The notes beneath the pieces are model-generated. The model searched no databases and was not told where the DNA came from. It saw nothing but the letters and a program-made list of their open reading frames with translations. Shown here piece after piece: positions 1 through 9,119 of a DNA stretch of 64,000 nt. The first letter of the stretch is position 1. Each line of letters starts with the position of its first letter. The translations under genes were made by a program, and so were the position numbers. The stretch comes from Bacteroidota bacterium (GTDB lineage Bacteria; Bacteroidota; Bacteroidia; SXHM01): assembly GCA_947479755.1 (NCBI GenBank), contig CANKAM010000011.1:20488-84487 (forward strand), given 5' to 3'.

Positions 1-1
1 A

Positions 2-685
2 ACCTATCGCGAAATTCCGTTTGATATTGTTGACGATGTTGTTTTAGTTGATGATGCCAGTCCTGATAACACAATAGAAGTTGGAAAGCAACTCGGAATT
101 AAACACATCATCCGCCATGAGAAAAACAAAGGTTATGGCGGCAACCAGAAATCCTGCTATGATAAAGCACTTGAACTGAATGCAGACATTGTAATCATGT
201 TGCATCCCGATTACCAATACACACCAACACTAATTCCGGTGATGGCACATATTATTGCGTCAGACCTTTATCCTGTTGTTCTTGGTTCTCGTATCCTTGG
301 AAAGGGAGCGCTGAAAGGCGGAATGCCGATGTATAAGTATATCTTCAATCGCTGCCTCACACTTACTCAAAACATTTTGATGGGCCAGAAATTGAGTGAA
401 TACCACACCGGCTACCGCGCCTTTTCAAAAGAAGTTTTGAAAGGAATTAATTACCATGCCAACAGCGATGATTTCGTGTTCGACAATCAAATGCTGGCAC
501 AGATATTCTATGCTGATTTTGAAATAGCTGAAGTTACCTGCCCAACAAAATATTTTGAAGAAGCTTCGTCAATCAATTTTAAACGCAGCAGCATTTACGG
601 GTTTGGAGTGCTATGGACTTCCTTACAATATTTTTTTGCTAAACTTGGAGTTGCAAAGCCCAAAATATTTTCCCAAGCTAAATAA
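2..685 (+). CDS. Glycosyltransferase family 2 (polyprenyl-phosphate sugar synthase, DPM1/ArnC-like). 5' partial; the frame is open from the window edge.
   Basis: Translation from pos 2 reads TYREIPFDIVDDVVLVDDASPDNT...GYGGNQKSCY...ADIVIMLHPDYQYTP, the classic GT2 DxD/DDxSxDxT N-terminal region. The ORF track only shows the part from the first internal Met at 197. Confidence 0.7.
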   Translation, partial: TYREIPFDIVDDVVLVDDASPDNTIEVGKQLGIKHIIRHEKNKGYGGNQKSCYDKALELNADIVIMLHPDYQYTPTLIPVMAHIIASDLYPVVLGSRILGKGALKGGMPMYKYIFNRCLTLTQNILMGQKLSEYHTGYRAFSKEVLKGINYHANSDDFVFDNQMLAQIFYADFEIAEVTCPTKYFEEASSINFKRSSIYGFGVLWTSLQYFFAKLGVAKPKIFSQAK

Positions 686-691
686 AATTGC

Positions 692-2329
692 ATGAAACGC
701 ATAAGCATTGACTATTATTTTATTGGTCTGCTTGGTGTTATTGCTGCTGTTATAGCTTTTAAATTCCCTCATCTTTCATTACCTTATTTCTGGGACGAAG
801 CCTGGGTGTATGCACCGGCAGTTCTTGAAATGCATAAAAGTGGACTAAGCCTTTTGCCCGATGCTATTCCGCCTGAATTGTCAAGAGGACATCCATTATT
901 ATTTCATTTTCTTGCTGCCGGTTGGGTAAAAATTTTCGGAACAAGCTTTTTTGCTGTTCACAGCTTTGCATTAACTGTTTCGGTTGCTTTATTAGTTGCT
1001 GTCTATTTTTTCTGTAAAGAATTCTTTTCGCCATTGGTTGGACTGCTATCTGCTCTGATGCTGGCTGTTCAGCCACTATTTCTTGCACAAAGCTCCTTTC
1101 TGCTTCCCGAAGTTATGATGGCGTTGTGGACGGTTCTTGTGCTTTATTATTACCTGAAAGAAAAATGGATTTTATTTATTGTTTTTGCATCACTGATGCT
1201 GCTGACCAAAGAAAGTGGCATTGTATTGTTGGGCACAATTGGCTTATGGACATTATTTGAAAATGTGTTTCTGAAAAAGGAACCATTATTCAAACCAGAA
1301 GCACTTAAAACCTATGTATTGATTGCATCTCCGCTAATGGTTGCAGGAGTTTATTTTATAATCCAAAAGCTGCAATACGGTTGGTTTCTATATCCTGAGC
1401 ACATTGGAATGATGACGTTTGGCTGGACAATATTCCACAAGAAACTTCTGGATGTCTATGGTTTTCTTTTGCAGGGACAAGGGCGTTATTTACTTTTTAT
1501 CTCCTTCTTTTTTTGTGTTTCATTTTTCTGGAAATCACTTTCATGGATAGAGAAAATATTCATCCCTTTTGCATATCTGGCTGTAACTTACATATTGTTT
1601 AATCTATGGGGTGCAGATGATAAATTATCAATTGTACTCATCTTGATAATTTTTGCAAGACTATTTCAAACACTATTTATTAAAATTTACACTGAAGATA
1701 TTTTAACGGGAAGGGTGCTATCCATATCAGCGCTCTTTGTTTTTCTCTATTTTATTTTCACTCAATTAAACTTTCTTTCGCTTCGCTATTTACTCCTTAT
1801 AGTTCCAGTTATTATCCTAATTATATTTGGGTTCATTTATAGAATTCTTAAGGACAAGAAATGGTTATTTATTCTCGTTGCAGTGCTTTCAATAGCCAAT
1901 TGCTTACGCCAGATTCATAAATATGAAAATGTCGGAGATTATAACTTAAGTTATATTGACGCTATAAAAACTCAGCAGCAATTGGTAAACTATTGCGAAG
2001 AAAATAAATTACATGAAAATAAAATATTTGCAAGTTTTATTCTGAATAATTCTTTGAGTAATCCCATAGCCGGTTTTTTATCTGCTTCTAAATCATTTAC
2101 AGAACTTACCGATACATTAACTTCTGATGTAGAATACTGTTTATTTACGAATATCGATTTACAGGAAGAAAATGATTCTCTTTTAAATGTTATTAAACTG
2201 GAAAAGGTAAAAAGTTTTGAAACCAATAAGGTATGGATTGATGTTTATAAGTTTCATGGTTTTATAAATGATAGCATCGGCAAAGGGACTAATGCTAATC
2301 TGATAAAAAGAAAACTGAAGAAGATTTAG
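692..2329 (+). CDS. Polytopic membrane glycosyltransferase of the GT-C superfamily (ArnT/PMT/GT39-like)
   Basis: 545 aa with at least 10 predicted TM helices. N-terminal FWDEAW...RGHPLLF pattern parallels the DE...PPL motifs of ArnT/PMT-type GT-C enzymes. Sits directly after the GT2 gene with a 6-nt gap. Confidence 0.5.
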   Translation: MKRISIDYYFIGLLGVIAAVIAFKFPHLSLPYFWDEAWVYAPAVLEMHKSGLSLLPDAIPPELSRGHPLLFHFLAAGWVKIFGTSFFAVHSFALTVSVALLVAVYFFCKEFFSPLVGLLSALMLAVQPLFLAQSSFLLPEVMMALWTVLVLYYYLKEKWILFIVFASLMLLTKESGIVLLGTIGLWTLFENVFLKKEPLFKPEALKTYVLIASPLMVAGVYFIIQKLQYGWFLYPEHIGMMTFGWTIFHKKLLDVYGFLLQGQGRYLLFISFFFCVSFFWKSLSWIEKIFIPFAYLAVTYILFNLWGADDKLSIVLILIIFARLFQTLFIKIYTEDILTGRVLSISALFVFLYFIFTQLNFLSLRYLLLIVPVIILIIFGFIYRILKDKKWLFILVAVLSIANCLRQIHKYENVGDYNLSYIDAIKTQQQLVNYCEENKLHENKIFASFILNNSLSNPIAGFLSASKSFTELTDTLTSDVEYCLFTNIDLQEENDSLLNVIKLEKVKSFETNKVWIDVYKFHGFINDSIGKGTNANLIKRKLKKI

Positions 2330-3969
2330 TTTTTTCTCAGATAAAAAACAAAACCATTTTTTCTGTACAGAACCTCTAATTTAGGATTATAGTACAGGAT
2401 TTGTGTTTCCTTAGTATTCTTACTTACAAAATAGACAGGCTTATCAATCTCACCTTTCAATAGCCATTTAAGTTCAAGGCTTTTAAGATTATCCGGATTC
2501 TGCTTTTTGGTGTAGAAAAGATATGCGTAGCTCTTAAAGTCAAGTGTCTCAACGTAACAATCTTTATCTTTCAATGATTCATAAAAATCAATTGCTGCAC
2601 GTTGAGTATATTGTTCAGCCTTGGGGACAATTAATAATGAAGCAAACCATGTCGCCAGCATTGTAGATAAAAGCAGCAGGTAGAATCCTTTTTCAAATAA
2701 TCGCCACTTTACACAAAATACAAAAGCGATAACTCCGCTAAATAACAATATGCCGGTAAAAAATTCATAGCCTGTCCATTCTACGTGGGACATAATATTG
2801 GCGACTGCGAAATCATCTTTTATAATATTGAGTGCTATAATCTTTTCTTTGAAATTTTCAACAAACTGAAGGCTCGTAAGCACCAACGCAACCAAACCGC
2901 CAGTAGCGAGCAAAGCAAACGAATTACGTGTGCGCCATACAATTTCATCAGCAGAAACTTTCATTGCAACCCAGGCGGCAAGAAAGGTTAGAGGAAAATA
3001 GGTTAGTGATGAGTAATGGACTATTTTGGTTTTTACCATAGAGAATAAAACCAATACCACCCAGAACATAATCTGCATCCATACTTTAAAGTGGCGCTGC
3101 TCATCACTGTCACTTTCGCTGCGTTTAAACGACAGAAAAAACAAAATTGAAACCGGAAAACAACCAAATAACAAAACAATGAAATGATAGTAGAATGGCT
3201 GCCCATGTCCAGCTTCGCCTTCTGAATAAAGCCGAATTTGGTATTCAATAAATTCCTGAATCACTTCTCCTCTTCCTCTCAGAACTTCAATAATAAACCA
3301 TGAGAAACCTGTGAGAAGAACAAGTGCAGAAAAAAGAAAAAAGTGTTTCAAAGAAATAATATACCAAGAACCTTCTTTTGCCAAAAGAAAGAAAACAACA
3401 CACAAACCAAAAATCAGCAGCGCTACAGGACCTTTGGTAAGAATTCCTAGACCAATAAAAATAGCCGAAAGAATTAAGTTTTTAAATCTACTATCAGCAA
3501 CAGATGAGGTGTAAATAATTGCCTGATAAATTCCCAGAAAAATAAAAAGATTAAACCACGGATCAATAATTCCTGAGCGAAAATAAAACTGTGGTAACAG
3601 GGAGCCTGCGTATGCTAAAACCCAGAGCAAGCCAAAATTCCTATTGTATAATTTGCTTCCTATATTGAATAAAACCAGCAAAGTAGCTACTCCGCAGATA
3701 GCATTTGGAAAGCGGGCAGCAAATTCATTTACTCCGAATACTTTCATACTTACAACCTGCATCCAGAGAAACAAAGGTGGCTTTTCCCAGAAAGGCTGGA
3801 AGTTGATTTGTACGCGAGAATAATCGCCTGTGAGAATCATTTCTCTGGCAGCTTCTGCAAAATTTATTTCGTCCCAGTCAAAGAGATGAACACTTCCGAG
3901 AAACGGGAGAAACAGCAGCAGCGCAGCTAAAGCTATAATTACATTCCATTGAAGTGATGTTAGCTTCAT
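2326..3969 (-). CDS. ArnT-like GT39/GT83 family glycosyltransferase (undecaprenyl-phosphate-sugar dependent)
   Basis: N-terminus HLFDWDEINFAEAAREMILTGDY...FWEKPPLFLWMQ is the canonical ArnT/PMT signature. Multi-TM protein. Its stop overlaps the stop of the convergent 692..2329 gene. Confidence 0.75.
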   Translation of the reverse strand: MKLTSLQWNVIIALAALLLFLPFLGSVHLFDWDEINFAEAAREMILTGDYSRVQINFQPFWEKPPLFLWMQVVSMKVFGVNEFAARFPNAICGVATLLVLFNIGSKLYNRNFGLLWVLAYAGSLLPQFYFRSGIIDPWFNLFIFLGIYQAIIYTSSVADSRFKNLILSAIFIGLGILTKGPVALLIFGLCVVFFLLAKEGSWYIISLKHFFLFSALVLLTGFSWFIIEVLRGRGEVIQEFIEYQIRLYSEGEAGHGQPFYYHFIVLLFGCFPVSILFFLSFKRSESDSDEQRHFKVWMQIMFWVVLVLFSMVKTKIVHYSSLTYFPLTFLAAWVAMKVSADEIVWRTRNSFALLATGGLVALVLTSLQFVENFKEKIIALNIIKDDFAVANIMSHVEWTGYEFFTGILLFSGVIAFVFCVKWRLFEKGFYLLLLSTMLATWFASLLIVPKAEQYTQRAAIDFYESLKDKDCYVETLDFKSYAYLFYTKKQNPDNLKSLELKWLLKGEIDKPVYFVSKNTKETQILYYNPKLEVLYRKNGFVFYLRKN

Positions 3970-4628
3970 GGTTTATTATTTTTAAATAACGCCTTTTCTA
4001 AACCTTGATTTTGCACATTTTTTTGAAACAGATAATATACAAGCAACGCAAACAAAACACCAATCAGTGAACCAATAAATACATCGTCAAGAAAATGCTG
4101 ACTTAAATAAATCCGTGAAAAGCCTATGAGCGCTGCAGTAATTAAAAAAAGAAAACATGTATTCTTATTTTTTGCCATCAAAGCAAAGCAGGTAAAAACA
4201 CAAAAAGCTGTTGCCGTGTGTCCTGATGGCATGCTATTTTGCAGATAATTTTCAACTCCCGGAACAAGTCGCAATTCATAAATATTTTCAAAATATTTTT
4301 TAGGGCGAAGCGAAGCATCAAACACCTGTGTTTTCAGAATAAAAGTCAGTATTCCGGAAAACAGATTACTGAGCAATAAAATTAAAACAAAGCGATACTT
4401 AATGAAGAGTAAAATCAAGGCATACACAACCAGCATTCTTCCATCACCCAAATAAGTCAGGTATTTAAAAAATACATCAGCAAAAGGGTGATTTCTTTGA
4501 TTAATGGCAATGTGCAAACCTTCCTTATCAAAAAGCAGCAAAGCAAATGCACAGAAAAATAAAAAAGTTAAATACGGCAGAAAGAATGCCTTGTTGGCAG
4601 AAACGATTTTTAAAATATCGCGCAACAT
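3966..4628 (-). CDS. PAP2-family phosphatase (lipid phosphate or undecaprenyl-PP phosphatase type, LpxE/LpxF/PgpB-like)
   Basis: PAP2 motifs KxxxxxxRP-like (LRPKKYF), PSGH (MPSGHTATAF), and SRxxxxxHxxxD (SRIYLSQHFLDDV). Membrane protein. 4-nt overlap with the ArnT-like gene. Confidence 0.75.
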   Translation of the reverse strand: MLRDILKIVSANKAFFLPYLTFLFFCAFALLLFDKEGLHIAINQRNHPFADVFFKYLTYLGDGRMLVVYALILLFIKYRFVLILLLSNLFSGILTFILKTQVFDASLRPKKYFENIYELRLVPGVENYLQNSMPSGHTATAFCVFTCFALMAKNKNTCFLFLITAALIGFSRIYLSQHFLDDVFIGSLIGVLFALLVYYLFQKNVQNQGLEKALFKNNKP

Positions 4629-4642
4629 AAAAAGCGAAAAGC

Positions 4643-5476
4643 TTATGAACCCAAAATGTGCATTAATTCATGCACCTGACTATCCCACAAGAGTTGCGAT
4701 TCGTTTTCATCACCTTTCTCCACATAATCGGTAACAATAAGGGCAACCTCATTCGTAATTCCGTCAATTTTTATGCGAAATTCAAAAAAGCAATCTTTAG
4801 GTTGGGTAAGCCAACGGAAACGAACAAATTCATTATCCTCTTTTTCAATCAGAACAGCAGATTCTTCTGAACTATCCCATTTGAATGTGAACAGATTATC
4901 CATTGAATCAACATAATCTGCAAACCATGCAGAAAGCCCGCTGGCATTACTGACACTGCTGAAAAGTACACCTACAGATGAGCGTGTATAATATTCAAAC
5001 TGAACTTTTGTCCAACCGGGAACAATAGGATCAGGCTTAACTTCCGGAACTACTTTTTTAACCGGAGCAGCAAGTTTCTTCTTTACTACAGCAACCTGTT
5101 TTTTAGGTTCTGCAACCTTTTCAGGTGCTGCTGCAACCTGCTTTTTTGCGGGTGCAACAACCTTTTTAGTCGGAGCAGCAACTACCTTTTTCTTAGCAAC
5201 TGTAGCTTTTTTAACTGGTTTTGCAACTATTTTTTTCTTAGCAACTGCAACTTTCTTCGCTTGTTTAGCAACTACCTTTTTCTTAGGCTTAGGCTTAGCC
5301 ACTTTTTTAGCTGGCTTCGCAACCACCTTTTTCTTTGCAGGTGCTACTTTTTTCTTAGCTGCAGGAGCAACTTTCTTTTTCTGCGCTGGCAGTTTTTTCT
5401 TGCTTGCTACAACCTTTTTCTTTGCAGGTTTCACAGCTTTTTTCTTTGTAACTGCCGATGTCTTTTTCTTTTTCAT
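4643..5476 (-). CDS. Lys/Ala-rich histone-H1-like repeat protein with a C-terminal globular domain of unknown family, about 135 aa
   Basis: About 140-aa N-terminal region of KKKVVA/AKKKVAP repeats, encoded by tandem DNA repeats at 5040-5470. The ORF-track start at 5485 is a TTG; the first ATG is at 5476. C-terminal part (PGWTKVQFEYY...HELMHILGS) is non-repetitive. Confidence 0.6.
   Translation of the reverse strand: MKKKKTSAVTKKKAVKPAKKKVVASKKKLPAQKKKVAPAAKKKVAPAKKKVVAKPAKKVAKPKPKKKVVAKQAKKVAVAKKKIVAKPVKKATVAKKKVVAAPTKKVVAPAKKQVAAAPEKVAEPKKQVAVVKKKLAAPVKKVVPEVKPDPIVPGWTKVQFEYYTRSSVGVLFSSVSNASGLSAWFADYVDSMDNLFTFKWDSSEESAVLIEKEDNEFVRFRWLTQPKDCFFEFRIKIDGITNEVALIVTDYVEKGDENESQLLWDSQVHELMHILGS
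5040..5470. repeat. In-frame tandem DNA repeats (about 21-27 bp units) encoding the K/A-rich repeat region of the 4643..5476 protein
   Basis: Visible recurrence of gcaac(t/c)ttttt(c/t)ttagc(t/a)g / cttttt(t/c)gc(a/g)gg motifs, which also keep the opposite-strand frame open (shadow ORF 5261..5563). Confidence 0.7.
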
Positions 5477-5542
5477 CAGGCGCAAGGTATAAAAATATCT
5501 TTTGCTACAAAAAAAGAGGTTGTTTATTTGTTTTCATTGCTG

Positions 5543-5550
5543 TATGTTTG
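5543..5550 (+). promoter_or_regulatory. Candidate Bacteroidota sigma-A -7 box (TAnnTTTG) for the tRNA gene
   Basis: TATGTTTG ends 19 nt before the tRNA 5' end. Same tttgcaccc context as the candidate box upstream of def. Confidence 0.3.
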
Positions 5551-5569
5551 CACCCCTTTTTGAAAATAT

Positions 5570-5643
5570 GGCGAGGTAGCTCAGGTGGTTAGAGCGCAGG
5601 ATTCATAACCCTGAGGTCGGGGGTTCAATTCCCCCTCTCGCTA
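5570..5643 (+). tRNA. tRNA-Met (anticodon CAT; could alternatively be tRNA-Ile2/lysidine)
   Basis: Cloverleaf folds by hand: acceptor GGCGAGG/TCTCGCT (two G-U), D arm GCTC/GAGC, anticodon stem CAGGA/CCCTG with one 31-39 mismatch, loop TTCATAA (CAT), T arm GGGGG-TTCAATT-CCCCC, discriminator A. No encoded CCA. Confidence 0.85.
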
Positions 5644-5673
5644 CTACAAATTCTCTAGGTTTTTGTTGTAGCC

Positions 5674-6330
5674 ATGCTTATTCAAGCCCAAAACATTCAT
5701 AAATCTTACGGTGCACTAAACGTGCTGAAAGGTGTTAGTATTGAAATTCAACGCAAAGAAGTGGTAAGTATTGTTGGCCCTTCCGGTGCAGGTAAATCAA
5801 CGCTGCTGCATATTATTGGCACATTGGATAAACCTGATTCTGGTTTAGTGAGGGTAAATGATATGGACATCAACAGTCTTAAAGACAAACAACTTTCTGC
5901 GTTTAGAAACAAACATATTGGTTTTGTTTTTCAGTTTCATCACCTGTTGCCTGAGTTTACTGCATTGGAAAATATCTGCATTCCTGCATTTATAGCTAAA
6001 ACAAGCAAAGAAGAAGCGGAGAAAAAAGCGATGGAGCTCCTTTCCTTTCTTGGTCTGGAACAACGCAAAAACCATAAACCTTCTGAACTTTCGGGTGGCG
6101 AACAACAGCGTATTGCTGTTGCCCGTGCTTTAATTAACAATCCTGATGTGGTGCTGGCTGATGAGCCTTCAGGTAATCTAGATTCCGCTTCTGCAAAAGA
6201 ATTGCATCAACTGTTCTTTACGCTACGCGAAAAATTCGGGCAAACCTTTGTGATTGTAACACACAATAATGAACTGGCAGGTATGACTGACCGTGTGCTT
6301 ACGATGCGTGATGGTATGATTGTTTCTTAA
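5674..6330 (+). CDS. ABC transporter ATP-binding protein (LolD/MacB-type)
   Basis: Walker [13 protein letters not shown] signature [15 protein letters not shown], Walker [13 protein letters not shown]. 218 aa, typical LolD size. Confidence 0.85.
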   Translation: MLIQAQNIHKSYGALNVLKGVSIEIQRKEVVSIVGPSGAGKSTLLHIIGTLDKPDSGLVRVNDMDINSLKDKQLSAFRNKHIGFVFQFHHLLPEFTALENICIPAFIAKTSKEEAEKKAMELLSFLGLEQRKNHKPSELSGGEQQRIAVARALINNPDVVLADEPSGNLDSASAKELHQLFFTLREKFGQTFVIVTHNNELAGMTDRVLTMRDGMIVS

Positions 6331-6333
6331 CGA

Positions 6334-7134
6334 TTAAGGTTTTGTAGGAGGCTGCTGCCCGCCATACATTTTCATCAAGTCTTCCATCATTTTCTTCTGC
6401 TCTTCTGGAGTCATATTTTTCAGATCTTGCATGCTTTTAGGCATGTTGCTCAAATCCATGGTAGCTGCTTTTTTATAGCCTGCCGGAATTTCAAACATAG
6501 ATGATGGAACAGTTTTTTTCTCGGCCTTAACAAGGTCCATTTGCATACCGCCCGACATGCCGGCTTCACTCATTTTCATGCGCACAGGAAAACCATCTGC
6601 GCCTTTCTCTGCCATTTTTGCAAATAAATTATCATCGTCAAAGTATTTGCTTCCTTTCATGCCTGAAAAGCCTGGGAAGCACGGAACATCTTTGCTGGTC
6701 CACCATTCGTTACGCATCTTTCCGGAGTTTTTAAACTTGGCAATAACATGGGTGCAACTGTATCCGTTAACGGTTTCTTTGCCTACCACTGTAACCTCAA
6801 ATGGTTCTGTGCTCTTTTTTTCCTGTGGTTCATATTCTTCGTAGCTTATTTCGGTGTAGGTTTTATTGGAGGGAGTTAGTTTAGTGATGACGTTGGGCTT
6901 ATCCTGACGGGTAATGGTAATGGTATTCATTGCTCCTGTGGGCAATCCGGCAATATTCATTTCCATTTCGCTGCGGCTGTTACCATCCTGATGCCAGGTT
7001 TTATTATTGCCGCTCATGGATTCTTCTGCTTTACCCGAAGATATTTTGTATTCAACATAAACGCCTTGTGCATTGGAAGTGATAATTGACAATGAACAAT
7101 TGGCAATGAATATAAGTGTAAGTAGTTTTTTCAT
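6334..7134 (-). CDS. Secreted protein or lipoprotein of unknown function (possibly DUF4412-like)
   Basis: N-terminal signal peptide MKKLLTLIFIANCSLSIITSNAQG. Met/Lys-rich C-terminus. No catalytic motif recognised. Confidence 0.5.
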   Translation of the reverse strand: MKKLLTLIFIANCSLSIITSNAQGVYVEYKISSGKAEESMSGNNKTWHQDGNSRSEMEMNIAGLPTGAMNTITITRQDKPNVITKLTPSNKTYTEISYEEYEPQEKKSTEPFEVTVVGKETVNGYSCTHVIAKFKNSGKMRNEWWTSKDVPCFPGFSGMKGSKYFDDDNLFAKMAEKGADGFPVRMKMSEAGMSGGMQMDLVKAEKKTVPSSMFEIPAGYKKAATMDLSNMPKSMQDLKNMTPEEQKKMMEDLMKMYGGQQPPTKP

Positions 7135-7205
7135 TTGGTATTTTTTTTCAAAAGTAATAAAGAGTTTAATTCACTACTCTTCCAATATGTAAAGGATGAC
7201 AAATA

Positions 7206-7937
7206 TCAGTAACGCCTTCCGCTGCCATACTTATCATACACCTGATAACGCGATTTGATATACATTGCAAAATCGTATTGCGATGAGTGTTTAATCATAT
7301 CATCAGAAACGGCACAGAAATCAATGAAATCATCAAAGGCTTCGTCATGCAGACTGATGATGTCGGCTTCTACATATTTGGTAAGCAGCTCTTTTAAGAG
7401 CGAACGCATACGGTCTTCATTTTCCAGTTCTGCCACTAATTTGCGTGAGCGTTCTCTGCGGCTGAACATCTGGTACAGCGCAGTAATCGGACTTTCAAAT
7501 GCATTTACTCCTTCCAGCATGGTTTCATCTTTTTTAACGCCCAGCTTTTCAATATCGCGTTGTATTTCGTTCAGGTCGCGGGGACTAAGAATGGTAACGC
7601 TTCGCAGCTCTACCGAAACCTTTTTCAGGTAAAGCGTTACGTTGTATTCAGACTGTGGCGTTGAATCGTGCAAGCAAAATTTAATGGTATTGTACCCAAC
7701 TGAGTTTACCATAATGGTATCGCTGATGCGGGCATAAATAACAAACTCTCCGTTTTGATTTCCAAATACACCCTCGGCACTGGTTTTATTTACCACCAGC
7801 AGATTATAAAACTGAAGCGAAGGATTGTCTGCGTCTATTACCTTACCCGAAATTTTCAGAGGCTTATAAGCATTGAACTGCGCAAAGGCAGCAATACCCG
7901 GAAACAGAAGCAGTAACAGTATTAAACTCTTTCTCAT
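7206..7937 (-). CDS. Secreted hypothetical protein with an N-terminal carboxypeptidase-regulatory-like beta-sandwich
   Basis: Signal peptide MRKSLILLLLLFPGIAAFAQ, then the KISGKVID...VVNKTSAEGVFGNQNGEF pattern typical of CarboxypepD_reg-like domains. Confidence 0.45.
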   Translation of the reverse strand: MRKSLILLLLLFPGIAAFAQFNAYKPLKISGKVIDADNPSLQFYNLLVVNKTSAEGVFGNQNGEFVIYARISDTIMVNSVGYNTIKFCLHDSTPQSEYNVTLYLKKVSVELRSVTILSPRDLNEIQRDIEKLGVKKDETMLEGVNAFESPITALYQMFSRRERSRKLVAELENEDRMRSLLKELLTKYVEADIISLHDEAFDDFIDFCAVSDDMIKHSSQYDFAMYIKSRYQVYDKYGSGRRY

Positions 7938-8059
7938 TTATTAATGCTGTAAATGTGGGATTATTATCAGGATGCGGAAAGGGATTAACAAAAATTAACC
8001 CAACATTTTTACCTCAGAGGTCGCAGAGTAGGCGCAGCGAACTCAGAGAGAAACGAAAC

Positions 8060-8443
8060 TCATTTTTTCTCAGCCTTTGGCTCCATAAGAAAGAGAACCA
8101 AAGACATTAACATAAACAATCCACTGATAATAATTCCCGGCAGTGGTGAAGCCAAAACTGTAAGTGTCATCAAAACTGAAAGCAGTAAAACACAGACAAC
8201 AAGTATCATCCAGATAATCCTGTTGATGAAAATAATTTGAAAAACAAGAATTGCATCAGGTATACCCCATACAAGAACATGCATCGTTGTAAAGTTTGTA
8301 CTGAATGCAGGCTCATCTAAATCATCGCCCCACATCATTGTTGTCCACAATAAAATACCCAAACAATAAAACAATCGTTGAATTTCTACGTCCTGAAAAA
8401 TACTTTTGATTTGGTTAATCATTTTCACTTTTTTGATTAGCAA
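8060..8443 (-). CDS. Small integral membrane protein, unknown function
   Basis: 3-4 hydrophobic helices. The ORF-track start is TTG; the first ATG gives a 120-aa product from 8422. Confidence 0.4.
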   Translation of the reverse strand: MLIKKVKMINQIKSIFQDVEIQRLFYCLGILLWTTMMWGDDLDEPAFSTNFTTMHVLVWGIPDAILVFQIIFINRIIWMILVVCVLLLSVLMTLTVLASPLPGIIISGLFMLMSLVLFLMEPKAEKK

Positions 8444-8482
8444 TACTAAACAAAAGCTCCGCGATTGCTAAACTTTGTTTCT

Positions 8483-8745
8483 GTTGCGGAATTTATTTTG
8501 TAAAATAATTTTCAAGTGGTCTTTGCTGGTGTGTATAATCCGAACAATATGAACATTTACCATTTTTTAGCTGCACTTCCAATGCATTCTGCGTAATAAA
8601 TTTTCCGGATTTATGTCGCTTTTTAGCCTCTTTTAAACTTTTATTAAGTGCTGATTTGTTATAGCTTTTTCATCAATATCATAGCCTACAACAGTATTCT
8701 CTTTTGTTTCTAGTAGTTCTTTTAACTGAACCAAATATTGACATC
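8483..8745 (-). pseudogene. Decayed, frameshifted coding remnant, possibly a Zn-ribbon-containing protein
   Basis: Minus-strand reading gives ...YLVQLKELLETKENTVVGYDIDEKAITNQHLIKV(stop), then after a frameshift ...KEAKKRHKSGKFITQNALEVQLKNGKCSYCSDYTHQQRPLENYFTK(stop). Protein-like text with no start codon and no single intact frame. Confidence 0.3.
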
Positions 8746-8843
8746 ATCAATATGTGTAATGCGTTCTATAATGTTGATTTTTTATGAATGGATATTCATG
8801 TGTTTTATATTTTACAAATATATGCCTTTATAAAAAAAAGTAA

Positions 8844-9062
8844 CAGATACTTGTTATCGGTCTGTTTACAGGATATTTCTTTAACCCCGCTTATAAAGTA
8901 AGCGACCTCAAAGGCACTGTAGTAGCGCGTTTAGAAAAGGAGCCATCGTTCTGGGGCCGCAAATTTACGGTAACCAAACTTACCGACATCAGCGCAGCTG
9001 AGCAGGAACGCATTGTTCTTGCCATGATGATGATGATTTTGCTGGAAAGAAGAAGGGGTTAA
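8844..9062 (+). pseudogene. C-terminal gene fragment lacking a start (QILVIGLFTGYFFNPAYKVSDLKGTVVARLEKEPSFWGRKFTVTKLTDISAAEQERIVLAMMMMILLERRRG)
   Basis: 72-codon open frame bounded upstream by a stop, with no Met until near the end. Protein-like composition. Lies in a 676-bp stretch with no intact gene. Confidence 0.25.
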
Positions 9063-9119
9063 TTGGAGGATAAATAATCTTCTTACCTTTACTTTTACAA
9101 TCCATAGTTAAACGTTGTT

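Noticed and set aside
864-1088. Antisense and overlapping small ORFs inside confident genes. Examples: 864..1088, 1990..2226, 5261..5563, 5845..6140, 11484..12441, 13243..13569, 13787..14236, 22077..22388, 28009..28853, 39785..40186, 60968..61304.
   Set aside because: These are shadow ORFs fully embedded in, or antisense to, well-supported coding frames. Their composition is biased (e.g. the poly-F/L frame opposite the K/A repeats). None has independent support.
5570-5643. tRNA pseudogene, because of the 31-39 A-C mismatch and two G-U pairs in the acceptor stem
   Set aside because: All four arms otherwise fold canonically and the T-loop TTCAATT and D-loop are standard. Single 31-39 mismatches occur in functional tRNAs.
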